A DNA stretch of 54,569 nt, filler included, from Circinaria calcarea (taxonomy: Eukaryota), in the NCBI GenBank assembly GCA_051942165.1. It is 2 parts of 2 records of this genome, joined end to end, with 100 filler letters (N's around TTAATTAATTAA, not from the genome) between each part and the next. Parts side by side here need not be neighbours in the genome. Positions count along the whole stretch, not along the records: positions 1 to 27,279 come from JAVECS010000068.1; positions 27,380 to 54,569 come from JAVECS010000069.1. The stretch is one strand, 5' to 3'. Under the pieces are notes generated by a model that saw only the letters and a list, made by a program, of their open reading frames with translations, did not search any database and was not told where the DNA came from. Positions 25,861-38,256 of the stretch are shown piece after piece. The position numbers and the translations under genes were made by a program. Position 1 is the stretch's first letter. The number at the start of each line of letters is the position of its first letter.

Positions 25861-27279
25861 TTACTCTTCTTCCTGCTGTTTTGCTTCTTCCTCTTCCTCG
25901 TTATCACCCTCCATAGATGAAGACCTATCGTCTTCATCTGTTGAGCTGATGTATTCGTAATCTTTTCTTCTCCTGCCCCTTCTTGTCCTTCTTCTCCTCT
26001 GTTTGCTGTTTTTGTTTCCTCCGTGCGCTTGCTGTATGTTTGGAGCGGTGGTTCCACCATACACGCAGCAGCTAGATCGTCCAGTGTTCTCGCCGGTGTG
26101 CTTTACTGCGGTGGGTATAGGAGTGGGTATTGCGGTGGATACTGTGGTGCCGTATAACCGTAGAATCCACCGCTATTGTATGCTCTCCCTCCCCTCATCT
26201 CTACATCTATTCCTCTTCTTGTTTCTGCACTTGCTCTTCACCCCCTTTTCTCAGGCAATGTGTTGATGCAGGGGTGGAAATATGCCCGCGGAAATGCTTA
26301 GTCTCTTTGGCAAGTCTAAGCCCCAGCCCTAATGGTATACACAATGCTGACCAATTGTCCCTCTTGAAATCGTGAATGCTTCGAAGGTCATAAAGCTGAG
26401 TCTCCAGCTTCTGATATGCCTCTTCGAGCACTGTTTGCTGACTTGGATGCTTCTGTGTCTGCCATAGGAAATAGTCCTGTAAGAGGCTCCCTGCATCATC
26501 TTCGAGAAGTACCGGGCTGCTTCGCTGCTGCCGGTTTTCCGCGGTTAAGGGACGCGATTGCGCGCTCAGAAGAAGGCAAAGAGGAGAAAGAGACGGCATC
26601 AGGGGTTGATAATAGGGCAAATGAGGTGGGGGGTAGTATGGATGAATGGGGGGCGCCGTAGAAGGTGCGTAAGAGGGAGATGGCATACCGGGCACCCTGG
26701 GTAGTAATGTGGGCTTGGAGGCGGTAGTGGAGGAGAAGGTTGAAGGGTATACGGTGTTGCTGGTGCCACTGGCGTTGCTGACGGAACTATAGGCTGAGTA
26801 GCCTCCATTTCTCCCTCTTTTTTCTTCGTTATCTTTTTCTGATGTGCCCGCTTATCTGCATCGATTGAATATAGATCACCCTTTAAGTGAACAGTGGGCT
26901 ACTCAATTATTGCCTCTCCCATTTCTAAAGCCCGGATCCATTCACGGACGTGTCTACCCCACATTTTATAGTGAGCTCCATCGCTATTCCGGGGTTGCCA
27001 GTAATAGTTGATCTTGTTTTCGCATCCCCCGCTATCACACCTCCACAGTTTAAGCAGTTTATGTCCTAGCTGACCTATTTCTTGATCTAGGGCCCTTTGA
27101 TCCCTCGCTTTTTTCTTCATCTTTTCTGTCGTCGACAGCCGCTTCTTCTTCGGCCGGTTACTGTCTTCGGAGGAAGAAGAGAAAGACGAATACTCAATTG
27201 ATCGTCTCTTTGGAGCAGGGTGTTCCTTTGTCTTTGCGGCAATGATTGTAGCTGTTTTGGAGGTGGGTGGGGGGAGGGG
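25861..27279 (-). pseudogene. Uncharacterised protein gene convergent on the transposase, 5'-truncated by the contig end
   Basis: KKKR NLS-like stretch, WRCDSGGCENKINYYWQP..HY..W motif, Pro-rich linker, then SSPV..LQDYFLW..KHP..AYQKL..W..LCIPLGLGLRL. Broken by a TAG at 26899 and a frameshift near 26695. Confidence 0.55.
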
Positions 27280-27379
27280 NNNNNNNNNNNNNNNNNNNNN
27301 NNNNNNNNNNNNNNNNNNNNNNNTTAATTAATTAANNNNNNNNNNNNNNNNNNNNNNNNNNNNNNNNNNNNNNNNNNNN
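27280..27379. other. Artificial contig spacer (44 N + TTAATTAATTAA + 44 N)
   Basis: Exactly 100 bp. The 12-mer gives stop codons in all six frames, as used when concatenating contigs. Confidence 0.95.
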
Positions 27380-27684
27380 AGATGTTGCCCAACCTGATCA
27401 AGCTCGTATCGTGGGCTTGAATGCACATTTGTACTTGAAGGTTGGGGGTGCCGCATTGGTCAGTATCAAGGCGAACTGTATCGACAGTACAGCTGCACCG
27501 GAAGCCGTGTTTGCAAGAGAAGTACAGAAGATGAGGGAGGAGAGGCTGAAGCCCTTGGAGCAACTGACCCTTGAACCTTTTGAGCGGGGTGAGTTGGGAC
27601 ATTTACAAGTCAAGGATATTTACTGACTGGCTCGATATAGATCATTGCATTTTGGCCGCTAGATATGTTCGCTCTACCACTTAA
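27380..27684 (+). CDS. NOP1: Fibrillarin, rRNA 2'-O-methyltransferase (3' end only)
   Basis: [47 protein letters not shown]...[13 protein letters not shown], then a GTGAGT..TACTGAC..TAG intron (27589-27640), then [14 protein letters not shown]. This is the conserved fibrillarin C-terminus. Confidence 0.95.
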
Positions 27685-29169
27685 TTGTACAATCATGGCG
27701 TTTGATTTGTCCGTGGGGGATTCTGTTAATACTCCCATATCGATGGATATTATCCGCTGTTTGGCCTGTTGGCTAGAGCTGAGAGAGCTCTAGGCGACTG
27801 AACGTCACTCACCTGCCCAACAAAAGTGCGTAAGAGCTAAACCATTAGCTTCTTCCATATCTTTCAATGAAAATGCTACTAATTCAGTGGATTGTCCATG
27901 CCCCCAGCCCGGTTTGTATGAACCCAACTCCCGTGTAAGTGCGTTGATCATTGCTGCATTAGTAGTCTCAGTAAATTAATACAACTACGTTCAAAATATT
28001 ATACTCAAGATAGTAAGGGAGATAAGGTTAAAGGCAGTCACTAGTTGGATCCATGGAATAAGAGCTTAGAATGGCAGAATCAGGGATATCATGCGCTTTT
28101 GCCTTCTGTACTTAAAGTACTTTGTAGAGGGCACATCAAACCCTACGTGGAAATATCTTCCAAAGGAGATCAAAGGGTCACATCTGTTTCCTGTTCGTTA
28201 GGTAGATAGACCTTTCTTGTCACAGCGCCTTCGGGTTTCCAGGCTGTAAGTCTTAATCTATTATCCCATGAAAGAGTTTATGCTCAGCTGTCATAGTCTA
28301 GCTCGTAGAGGTGTTTAGGAAGCCCTCCTGCATTTCACTGTCTATTCCTGCTATGCTAGGTGAACTCCCAATCACTTGTATCATAGGACACTTCTATTTG
28401 CTGATGAATGCCTCGAGATCCAAACCACAAAGGCCCATTTCTGCGTTCGTGATTAGGGTTTCGATGTCTTTCTGAAGGTCGCATAGTTTGGGCTGACTTT
28501 GGTGGTAACCGTAATTCCTTTGGTATTGGCAAGGCTGCATCGCAGAAATTGGCAGGCTTTATCGTGCGAACAAGCGAGGCGAAATCTTGGAATGATTGGC
28601 GCTTGTATAGCACATTGGGAGAAGTAAACAAATGTCTACACTTCAATCCTCGGGTCAAGGATCCAAGCACCATAGCATCACAATTGGCGTTTCCAGCATG
28701 GCAGCGAACTGCAGGACCCTGATAAGTCTCTAAGTGTGAAGGATATAGGGTGCTCCGCTATGCTCCTAAGGTGTAGGCAAGGACGCTGTCGAGAAGGGGT
28801 AATGGGAGCCTGAATAGTGAAGAATCAGAGGGTATATAGCATGAACTGACTGCTACAGTATAGTGCACATATAGAAAGGATATCGGACGGTATCAGTATT
28901 GCATTTCTAACTACTATTCTACTATGCTATGCGTGTAAAAGAGTGTGTATATGTAAGATCTCAGAGTCCTTCATACCTACCTGCCCATTCCATATGCGCG
29001 CCCAGTTACTAGTTGCCTTGGCTCCACCACAATATATAATTTACTCGAGAATTAATTATTATAAAAAAATATATATAAATATAAGGTTTTTATATTATAT
29101 TAAAACGTTAATTAAACGAGGTATCGTCACCCCTTAAGCGTAGAGCCTGATAAATATATCGTTTTCTTA

Positions 29170-32100
29170 TTATCCCGTTTGATTCAGCTCGCCCTTCGGA
29201 GCTATATACTCGCTTTTGCCCGCCACCAGGAGCGTAAATTCATTAAGCGACGCAGATTGAAGAATTTCAAAAACCGAAACCTTGGCTTTAACGGTACTGC
29301 TAATCCAGTTACGCAGCTCTACCCCGACAAGAGAGTCAACGCCGTACCGCGACAATGGCAGCTCGGGATCGATATCAGATAACGGGATATTGAAGATGTC
29401 CGACAGCTTAGCGCCAAGGGCGTTCACGAGCAGCTTCGAGGCCGCATCAATGCTAGGCGCCGCCGCGAAAGCCTGGACAAATGCCGCCGTGGTGGACTTG
29501 CTATCGGACGCTGCAGTATTATTGAGGCCAACCTGGCTCGCAATTCTCAGCGTGCCAAAGCGACGGTCATTCCGCATGGCGGACTCGGTGGCGAAGGCGT
29601 GGAAATTAGGCCCGACGATGACCTGGCTGTCAGCGAGGGAACCTCGCAACGGGTCTCTGATGCCGGCTTCGATGATTCCGAGCACGGCTTCAATATCGAC
29701 GGAGCCGAAGCCGACGTTTTCGACACGTGCACGGAGGCGTTCATCGCCGCTTGCTTCTCTTTCTGCCACATAGCCGACGGAGCGTACAGCGCCCAGGTCG
29801 ATAGTGACGGCTGGCTTGCCATTTGCCGTGCGCTGGCGAGCGAGAGCATCCTGGAAGGTATTACCGGCAGCGTAGTTGGCCTGCGACATGTGGCCTGCCA
29901 CACCGGCGACAGAGGACAGCATGATGAAGAAGGATAGGTTGGGAAGGTGTTTGTGTAGGTTGCGGCTGCCGTTGATCTTGGGTCGCACACCATTGGACCA
30001 TTGCTGGAATGTCATGCGCTCCATGACGGTGTCGTCCAGCACCATAGCACCAGTGATCACTCCCGTGATTGGAGGCAACCCGGCTTCAGCAACTTGCTTT
30101 AAGAGTTGGAGGAGGCTACTCTCATCTGAGACATCACAGTCGCGTATCAGAAGCCGACATCCGACAGCTTCTGCTTCCTCGATAAGCTTCGCAGCTTCAG
30201 GATGGGAGCTAGCTTTGCGAGAAACCAGCACAACGTTCTTGGCACCTTTGCGCATGATCCATTCGGCGACCGCGCGACCAATACCGCCCAGACCACCGGC
30301 TGCCAAATATGTAGCGTTCTCTTTGCACAGGGAGACAGGCGGTGGGCGTGTGATAACCTGTAGAGAGAACTCCGTCAGCATTGCTACTTCACACCCAAGG
30401 AGGCAAGACAAGGAATACTTACATTGACTTTGTCGCCAGGATGAGGTACCAGCACCAACTTTCCCATATGTGCTCCCCCCTGCATTTGACGCATTGCCGT
30501 GGCCATATCAGTGATCGAGAATGGGGTGATGGGATGAACGGGAGGAGCGTGACGTTCACGAACAATGCGGACACACTCCACCAGGGCTTTATGAGTCAAG
30601 CTACCACGGTACTCTGTGAGCTGCAGCAAATCAAAGCTGGTGTAAACGGCGCAGCGACCGAAAGGTGCAGTCTCCAGACCACGGTTCGCCTCGATGTCGA
30701 CCTTGGTAATATCAACAAGGCGACCAAAGCGGGCCACACAGTCCCATGTAGCTTTCAGCAATGGTCCTGACAAGGAGTTGAGCACCACGTCAACACCTTT
30801 CCCATTTGTCGCGACCATAATGGCTGGAGCGAAGCTGGCGTCTCTGCTCGAGAAAATGTGGTCGGGATTGATGCCGTAGGTCTGGACTAGGAGGTCTCGC
30901 TTCGCCTTGGTGCTACAAGTCGCATACACTTCCGCGCCGACAGACTGGGCCAAGTTCACAGCCGCTTGACCGGTTCCTCCTGATGCGGCATGAACCAGAA
31001 CACTTTCGCCTTTTTGCAGCCTGGCAATTTGCATCAGACTGCCGTAGGCCGTGACGTATGCCGCTGGGAATGAAGCAGCATGCTCCCACGAGATATTCAT
31101 GTCGTCGGGCAACTTCACCACCGAAGTCCACCATGTTCGACCTCTGCTAGCAAGACGACCTCGGACCAGAGCGCAGACACGATCACCGACCTTGAGTCCG
31201 CTTGCTTGTGTATCCGGGCCCAGGGCCGTGATGACTCCAGCACATTCATGTCCTTTCAGAGGCTCATCGAGTTCTCCCAACGCGACCATGACCTCGCGGA
31301 AGTTGAGACCGAATGCCTTGGCTTCCACCTCCACCATGCCACTGGGGACATCAGTCGTGCTGATCTCTGTATTGTCGACGAAGTATGGGTTGACTGCAAC
31401 GAATATTAGTATAAAAATGCAAAAATCTGCAAGAGGCCGAAAGTAATTAAGGAGTGATTTGGAAGTACGTCTAGATAAGACGTTCTTACGGCCGCACTCC
31501 TGAATCACTCATATCACTCCTCAACCACCTAGAAACAAAAACGTTTTAAATAAGAAGAAGGGATGGTTACTTCCTGTGGCGCCCAATTTGGGAGTCTCCC
31601 ATATCAGCGGCCGTCCCGGCTGATGGAATGGTTGCGACTCCGGAGGCAGATCGACTGCAAGGTTCTTTGAGAGTGCGTCTTGCATTTTATCCGGATACGT
31701 CCTAGGCACCTGAAGCAATGAGTCTTTGACAGCATATTCCCACTCTACGTCTGCAGGGTTAAGACTGGCATCGAAACTCTGCTGCAACACATGAACAATA
31801 TGCTGAATCTTGTCGCCGGACCATGGGCTCGCATCCTTCTCGAAATCGAGTCGGATCCATCGCTTGCCGGCATCTTCCTGTCTCATAGTTCGTATTAGAC
31901 CATCAGTCGCGCCGAAAGAAGGCTCCGTTGCATCGACGAGGCCACCGCAGCTAAGCCAGATTAGGCCGGAGCTTTGGTTAAGAAGTTTCTTGAGCTGATC
32001 GAAGGCGGTTTCATCCATGCCATCTATAAAAGGTGCTTCCATCTCGGCCGTGAAAATGCAGACTGTGTCCTGCCACGCTTCCACGTCCTCGAGTGACACA

Positions 32101-35100
32101 ATCGACGGAGATTTGCCGGTCAACGACGCGATGGCATTCGATACCTCACGCAGCCATGCTGTCCGCTCTCCAGAGGGCTGTTGGTTTGGCGGCACCACAA
32201 TCGAGAATAGACACTGCACGGTGGTCATTGCCCTGGAAAGCATAACGCGTGCAGACTGGAAATCTGGCTCTTCGTAATCGGGCACGTCAAAGTCCACACC
32301 AGTGAAGCCCACCTCACTCAGAACCCGCTTCCACATCTCGAGAGATGCGTTCGGACTCATTTGTCTTTCGGGTTCCTCTCCAAGCCACCATCCGGGCAGA
32401 GTGCCGAAGATCAATTGGCCTTCCAGGCGGTCTGCTGTGGCTTCGATGAGCAGGAGTGTTCCACCCGGCTTGAGTAGCTGCCGGACATGCGACATAGTGG
32501 TGTTGAGGTTCTTAGTGGCATGGAGACACGATGCGGCCACGATTAAGTCGAAGGTGCCGTTGGTGAAGCCTTGCTCCAGTGGGTCGACCTCGATGTCCAG
32601 CTTCTTGAAGTCCATCAATGACGACCAGGCGGCAAATTTGGACTTAGCCGCTTCGAAGAAGCCTGGCGAGATGTCCGTGAAGGTATAATGTCCAAGTATG
32701 GATCCAGTGCCATCGCCCCTAGTGCCAAAACTCTCCAAGACTGTGGTTGTTGCACCACCGGTGCCAGCACCTATCTCGAGAACATTGGCACCTGGGTTCT
32801 TAATAGCATAGAGTTCTGCAATGGTAGAAAGATGCTTGTAGGAACGGGTCTTGAGGGCTTCGTGATCCATATAGAACTGATTGAGCAGGTTTCCTTCCAT
32901 CATCAACTCAAGAGGGGTAATTTCGCCACGGATGATGGCCGCAAGGTTCCGTCCTACACGGACAGTAAGTCGACCAGCTGCATTCTGGGCGTTGAGCTCG
33001 TCTGCGAGCATGGTTTTGAGACCCTTGCTAGTTTTTGACCACGACTGGCTTCCAGCTCCGAGCTTTCCGCCGTGGCCATCTTGCACGACAGTCTTCATCC
33101 AATCGTACATGCGCTTGTGATGCCATTCAAAAGCTTCAGGATCCTGGCCTCGCAGCTCTGCCATAGCCTCGCAAATGAAGTTGTAAGAGACCCGAACGAG
33201 CTTCCTCTCGGTTTCGACTTCATGTTCCGCCAAGGGAATGGCTAGAGAAGCCCTGAAGTCCGCAGGCACGTTGTGGAGGATATCAAGCTCCCAGCAGCTC
33301 TTCGAGCAGATTCCAGCCTCCTGGCTCAAATCATCGGTGCGTCGAGGCACCGCTTGACCGAAAAAGCCATGCATTTGCAAGAAATTGGGGAAAGTCGAGT
33401 TGTCATCCTCAGGCTCTGGCGTCGCCGCCGCGATGGCAATGTTGGATGTGTACCCATGCTTGTCGGCTTTCACTAATTCAGAGAAAGCCTGTAATTTGTC
33501 TCCGCCCTGTCTCTTAAAGAATTTCGGCACAGTCAAGCTTCGAATAAACCTAGGCAGAACCATGACGTTCTTGTCCATTTCTTTGGGCAGACTACTGAAG
33601 GAAGCTTGCAATACGGAGTCGAGTGTAGTTGGGTGCAGTACATAGTCATGCTCTGTGCATGCAATCTCTGCTATAGCGAAATTGGTGATTGCCCGCTGTC
33701 CAGCGGTGTAGCTATCGATCAGATTCTGGAACTCTGGTCCGTGGTAGATTCCCCTGTCACGGAGCCCTGAGAATAGAGCCTCGATGTCAACTTTGGTCGC
33801 GGAGGTGTCTTCTGCGCTTCCAAGGCCCTGCTGAAGGTATGTGACATCCCGAGGCGTTTCCACTTTGCGAGTCAATTCAGCAGTCCTCGCCTTAGACCTG
33901 TCATCCGTCTGGGCAGTAACGAATCCCTTGCAGTGCTCTATCCAAGAGCCACCGGACGTCAAGGAGCAAAGCTTGAACTCGTACCAGCCGTCGTGGTCTA
34001 GGTGCTTATCACTACAGCTCTGGAGACTAAGCTGAGTTTCCAGCCCGAAAACGGAATCCGGAATGACCATCGCGTTCATGATATCAATATCCCGCAGCTT
34101 GTAGCCTTGAATCGTCGCTTCCGAAGGATCCGTGAGAAGACGCACAGCCTCGATGGCCGAAGCAATGTATCCTGCGCCCGGAAACACCACTGAGCCATCG
34201 ATCTGGTGGTCTTTCAACCACCCGATTTCAGATAGGCGAATGAAGTTCCGCCAAGTTGGTATGAGAGCATTGCCTCCATTGATGGGCGTCCCAAGCAGCT
34301 CATGAGGTGGGAATTGCTTGTATCTCTGGTCTCTGCTGATCCTAGGTTCAACCCAGAAACGCTTTGTATGATTCCAAGGATATGACGGAAGATCGGTGAC
34401 CAGCTGACCTTCAACCCCAAAGGGTGAATTTACTGCCTTGAGATTAACTGGGTAGCCTCGGGCGATCAGGGCACAGGCAACATCTTGCATGGTTTCAACA
34501 GCGTTGTCGGGTCGCTTGAGACACGATACGTAGGGCAGCTCCGTGTTTCGCGCCTTGAGGATTTGTCGTATCGGGCCTGCCAAAGTACTGTGTGCACCAA
34601 TTTCCACGACCATATCAACATTGGAAGTGCCTTCTTCTTCAAAGCACATTCTGTCAAACGCCTGGCTGAAGAGGACCGGGTGCGTCATGTTGCGGGCCCA
34701 GTGCTTAGGAGCCAAGGTACTTGGCGATGTGATTTTGTCTCCCGTGACAGGCGACACAAACGTCGCGGCATCACCCCAAGTCTTCTTAGGCAGAGGAAGT
34801 ATGGACTGGAGTTGGTCGATGTACTCTTGTGAGATGTGTGACATGTGATGAGAGTGGTATGCCATGGGGACCTTGAGCTTCCTCGCAAAGATATCATCTT
34901 TCTGCAGGCGAGAAGCTACCTCATCGAGAGCAGCCAAGTCTCCTGAAAGCGTGATGCTGCTGGGGCTATTGACACAGGCCACGACAACAGTTCCGCCAGG
35001 AGTATCGCTGATGTACTTCTCAACATCTTCGGGTCCGATGGCAGTGGCAAGCATTCCTCCTGCCAGCGAATGCAGCTTCTGGTGCTTTAGGGCAAGTTCT

Positions 35101-37547
35101 CCGCGGAAGTAAGCAACACCAAGCGCTTCTTTGAAAGAGAGTACATTTGTGGCATACGCAGCGGCGATCTCACCACTAGAGTGGCTAGTCACGGCTGTTG
35201 GGAAGATATCCCAAGACCCCAGTAAGTTGATAAGACAGAGCTGAACAGCGACGCTAATAGGCTGGCTGAGATTGATGTCGGCCACGCGAGTTGTAGCTCG
35301 GTCGCGCAATAGTTCGTCTGAAATATGTCATTAACCTCACCATTCAAGAATTGAAAATGGCAATGCAGCTCTCAAAACGAAATTCATACATACCTTTCAG
35401 CGACCAAGAGGCACCATACTCTTTGAGTATCTCATCGGCCCCTTGGATACTGCGGCCAAAGACCGGATAGGTACCGATGAGTTCCCGCCCCATCGCATGC
35501 CATTGCGCACCTTGACCGTTGAAGACGAATGCGAGACGGGGGCGTTTGGAAGTGCTCGAAGGCTTGATAAGTGGATCTCGTAGACGCTCCACCAATTCAC
35601 CAATAGTTCGAGCGCGAACAGCTGCGACCCAAGGATGCGTCGATCGCCGATTTGCTAGAGTATAGGCGAAATCACTGACGGATGGCTTCGTGGTTCCCAC
35701 ATGGGTAGCAAAGATATCCATCATGGTTTGACAGGCGACGGAATCTTTGGCGCTCAGGATGAAAACACGCGATTGATCGACATCGGCGTGTCTGTTGCCA
35801 TCGTGGACTCCATTGCTGGATCCATTGAGGATTCCATTGCTATTAACTTCGCCATTGTGGACTCCATTGTGGCTATTGGTATGTCCATTAAGACCATTCC
35901 TCTTGGTAGATGATGCTGGAGGGGGTTCCAGGATCAAGTGGGAGTTAGTTCCTCCATATCCAAAATTGTTGACTGACGCACGCAGCAACTTGTCTTGGGG
36001 CCACGGCACTGGTATGGTCGGCACCTTCAAGTGCCACCCCTGCAAATCGATCTGCGGATTCGGTATCTCAAAATTCAGATTCGGTGGGATCAGGCGATTC
36101 TTCAAAGCGAACGTCGTTTTGATGATAGCGGCAAGACCACTCACTGGCTCGGTGTGTCCAACATTTGTCTTTATGGACCCGACGATAATAGGGTCGTGTA
36201 CTTCGCGGGACTTGCCGAACGTCCTGGCGATGGCTTCGGCTTCGATGGGGTCTCCAGCTGCTGTTCCAGTCATGTGGGCTTCAATATAGCCGGTGTCTTT
36301 GAGATCGTAGCCTGCACGGGCGTAGCATTCCCGGATAAGGTTGACCTGGGCGTCTGCAGAAGGCGAGGTAATCGTTGTGGTCCTCCCGTCTTGATTGAGC
36401 CCGGTCTCCCTGATGACTGCGTGGACTCTGTTACCAACCTTGAGTGCAGCGTCGAGAGGCTGGAGTATGAGTGCTGCGACACCCTCGCCACGACCGTAAC
36501 CGTGGGCACGCTTATCCCAGGCAAAACATTTGCCTTCTGCGCCGATAGCACTGTGATGGTGTACCCGTCAGCTTTATCGGCATTGTCCCCCACAGCTTGA
36601 GACGCAGGAACAGAAAAGGATACTCACCCGATGGTAGATGCCGAGATAAAGGCATCTTGGCTGAGGAGGGTACTAGCTGCGCCGACAACCGAGATGTCAC
36701 TCTCTCCAGTGCGGATGCTTTGACAGCCTTGATGAACTACCACCATGCCGGCGCTGCAACCAGTGTCTATGGACATGCTCGGGCCTTGCAGGTCGAAGAA
36801 ATGAGAAATCCGATTAGCAATCATAGCAGTACCAGTGCCTGCAAGGAAGGCATGAGGAAGGACCTCTGCATCTTTGGTTTGGATCTCATGGTAATCTTTG
36901 TTGAATGTACCGGCGTATACAGAGGTGTTGGTGCCAGCAAGCGTTTCGACGGGGATGCCGGCTGTGTATCAGATCAGTTGGTGCTCTCGAGGGGATGAAC
37001 ACAAGGACCAAGGGACTTGCCGTCTTCGGTAGCTTCGTAGACAGTCTCAAGCAGAAGTCTAGCCTGAGGATCCAGTCCCTAGAGAAAGCAGATCAGCTTT
37101 CCGGATACAAAGGCTGCAGAAAAGCCTTCTCTGAGGCCTAGGGGACATGCGCTGGCAACGTCCGCAGCCAGATTGAAGAAAGCAGCATCGAACAAGGCGA
37201 TATCCTCGCCCATGAAATAGCCACCTTCAACATGGCTCTGAATGCACCGTTAGTCAATTACACGAGGATGGTTCGATGATATCGTGCCAACCTACCCTTC
37301 CAGCTCTGGAGGAGTTCTTGTGATACAATGACTTGTTATCGAAACGTGACTCGGGGATAGGCTGCCACCCATCTTTAGCCGAAGCACACAACTCCCAAAG
37401 TTGAGATGGCGAGGTCACGTTGCCAGGGAAACGGCAAGCCATCCCAACAATGGCAATCGGCGTTGTAGCTTTCCCGGCCGGGCGGTCAGCCTTGCCAGGT
37501 CCGCTGTCCCTATGGACGCCATTGGTGCCGTTACGAAGTGTTGACAT
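29170..37547 (-). CDS. Highly reducing iterative type I polyketide synthase KS-AT-DH-cMT-ER-KR-ACP (~2597 aa, 8 exons)
   Basis: Introns 37238-37295, 37079-37150 (GC-AG), 36962-37020 (GC-AG), 36551-36627, 35318-35393, 31394-31570, 30358-30422 give a 7794-nt open frame. Motifs: KS DTGCSAG / EAHMTGT / NVGHTE; AT SHSSG, AYHS; DH WLKDHQIDGSVVFP, HPTTLDS; cMT LEIGAGTG; ER LVHAASGGTG; KR GGLGGIG, LDD, QANYAAGN; ACP GVDSL. Alternative start at 37571. Confidence 0.96.
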
Positions 37548-38256
37548 CTCGATCAATTGATCTTTATGCAAAGGTGGTTTGTAGTGTCTCTGTTGAGTGA
37601 AGACGCATGGACTGACTCGGATGGCTCGATAGTTACGCTATACTCCAGGAGTTGTATATTTAAGTCTAAGCGCAGCACACGGCATATCCTCGAAGCCTTC
37701 CTGAATCGGTATCGTTGGATATTTCCTATTCTTCCACACAACGTCGCTCACTCGGAGGTTTCCTGATGCGGAGTCAGTCTCTAATCAGACTGACTCCTTT
37801 ACAGAGTACAGACAGATCCGGCCAGAATCCTTCGCGCGATCGTAGCGGTAATGCTGACCCCGATGCCCGTTTTTACACAAAAATAGCCCATGCAGTAAAA
37901 TACCACCCTGGTATACTCTATATTCCAGCCCGAGCTGTCTGTCCTCTGTATGCGAACCACCAAAGTGTGATGGTGGCTCGTTGTCGGATCGGTGGAATGG
38001 ATAGGACAGATTCTAAATACCTAATTGGTCTGCTCTTTGCTACATCGGGAGACGTGAACCATCTGATGCCTGATTCCTACTCTGTTTGCCTGTTCGAGGC
38101 GGGAAGACACAGTCTCTTGACATATCCCTCTTGAAATATACGCACCACTGGGACAGAGTCACGATCATCAAGTGGTCTGATTTTTCTGCTACCTACGTCG
38201 TTACAGTCTTAAAATACAGAGCCCCTCCCTTCCCGCTAACTTCCACCACAAAACAT

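Noticed and set aside
28356..28673. 105-aa ORF between NOP1 and the PKS as an additional cluster gene
   Set aside because: No recognisable motif or splice-supported extension; length is compatible with chance.
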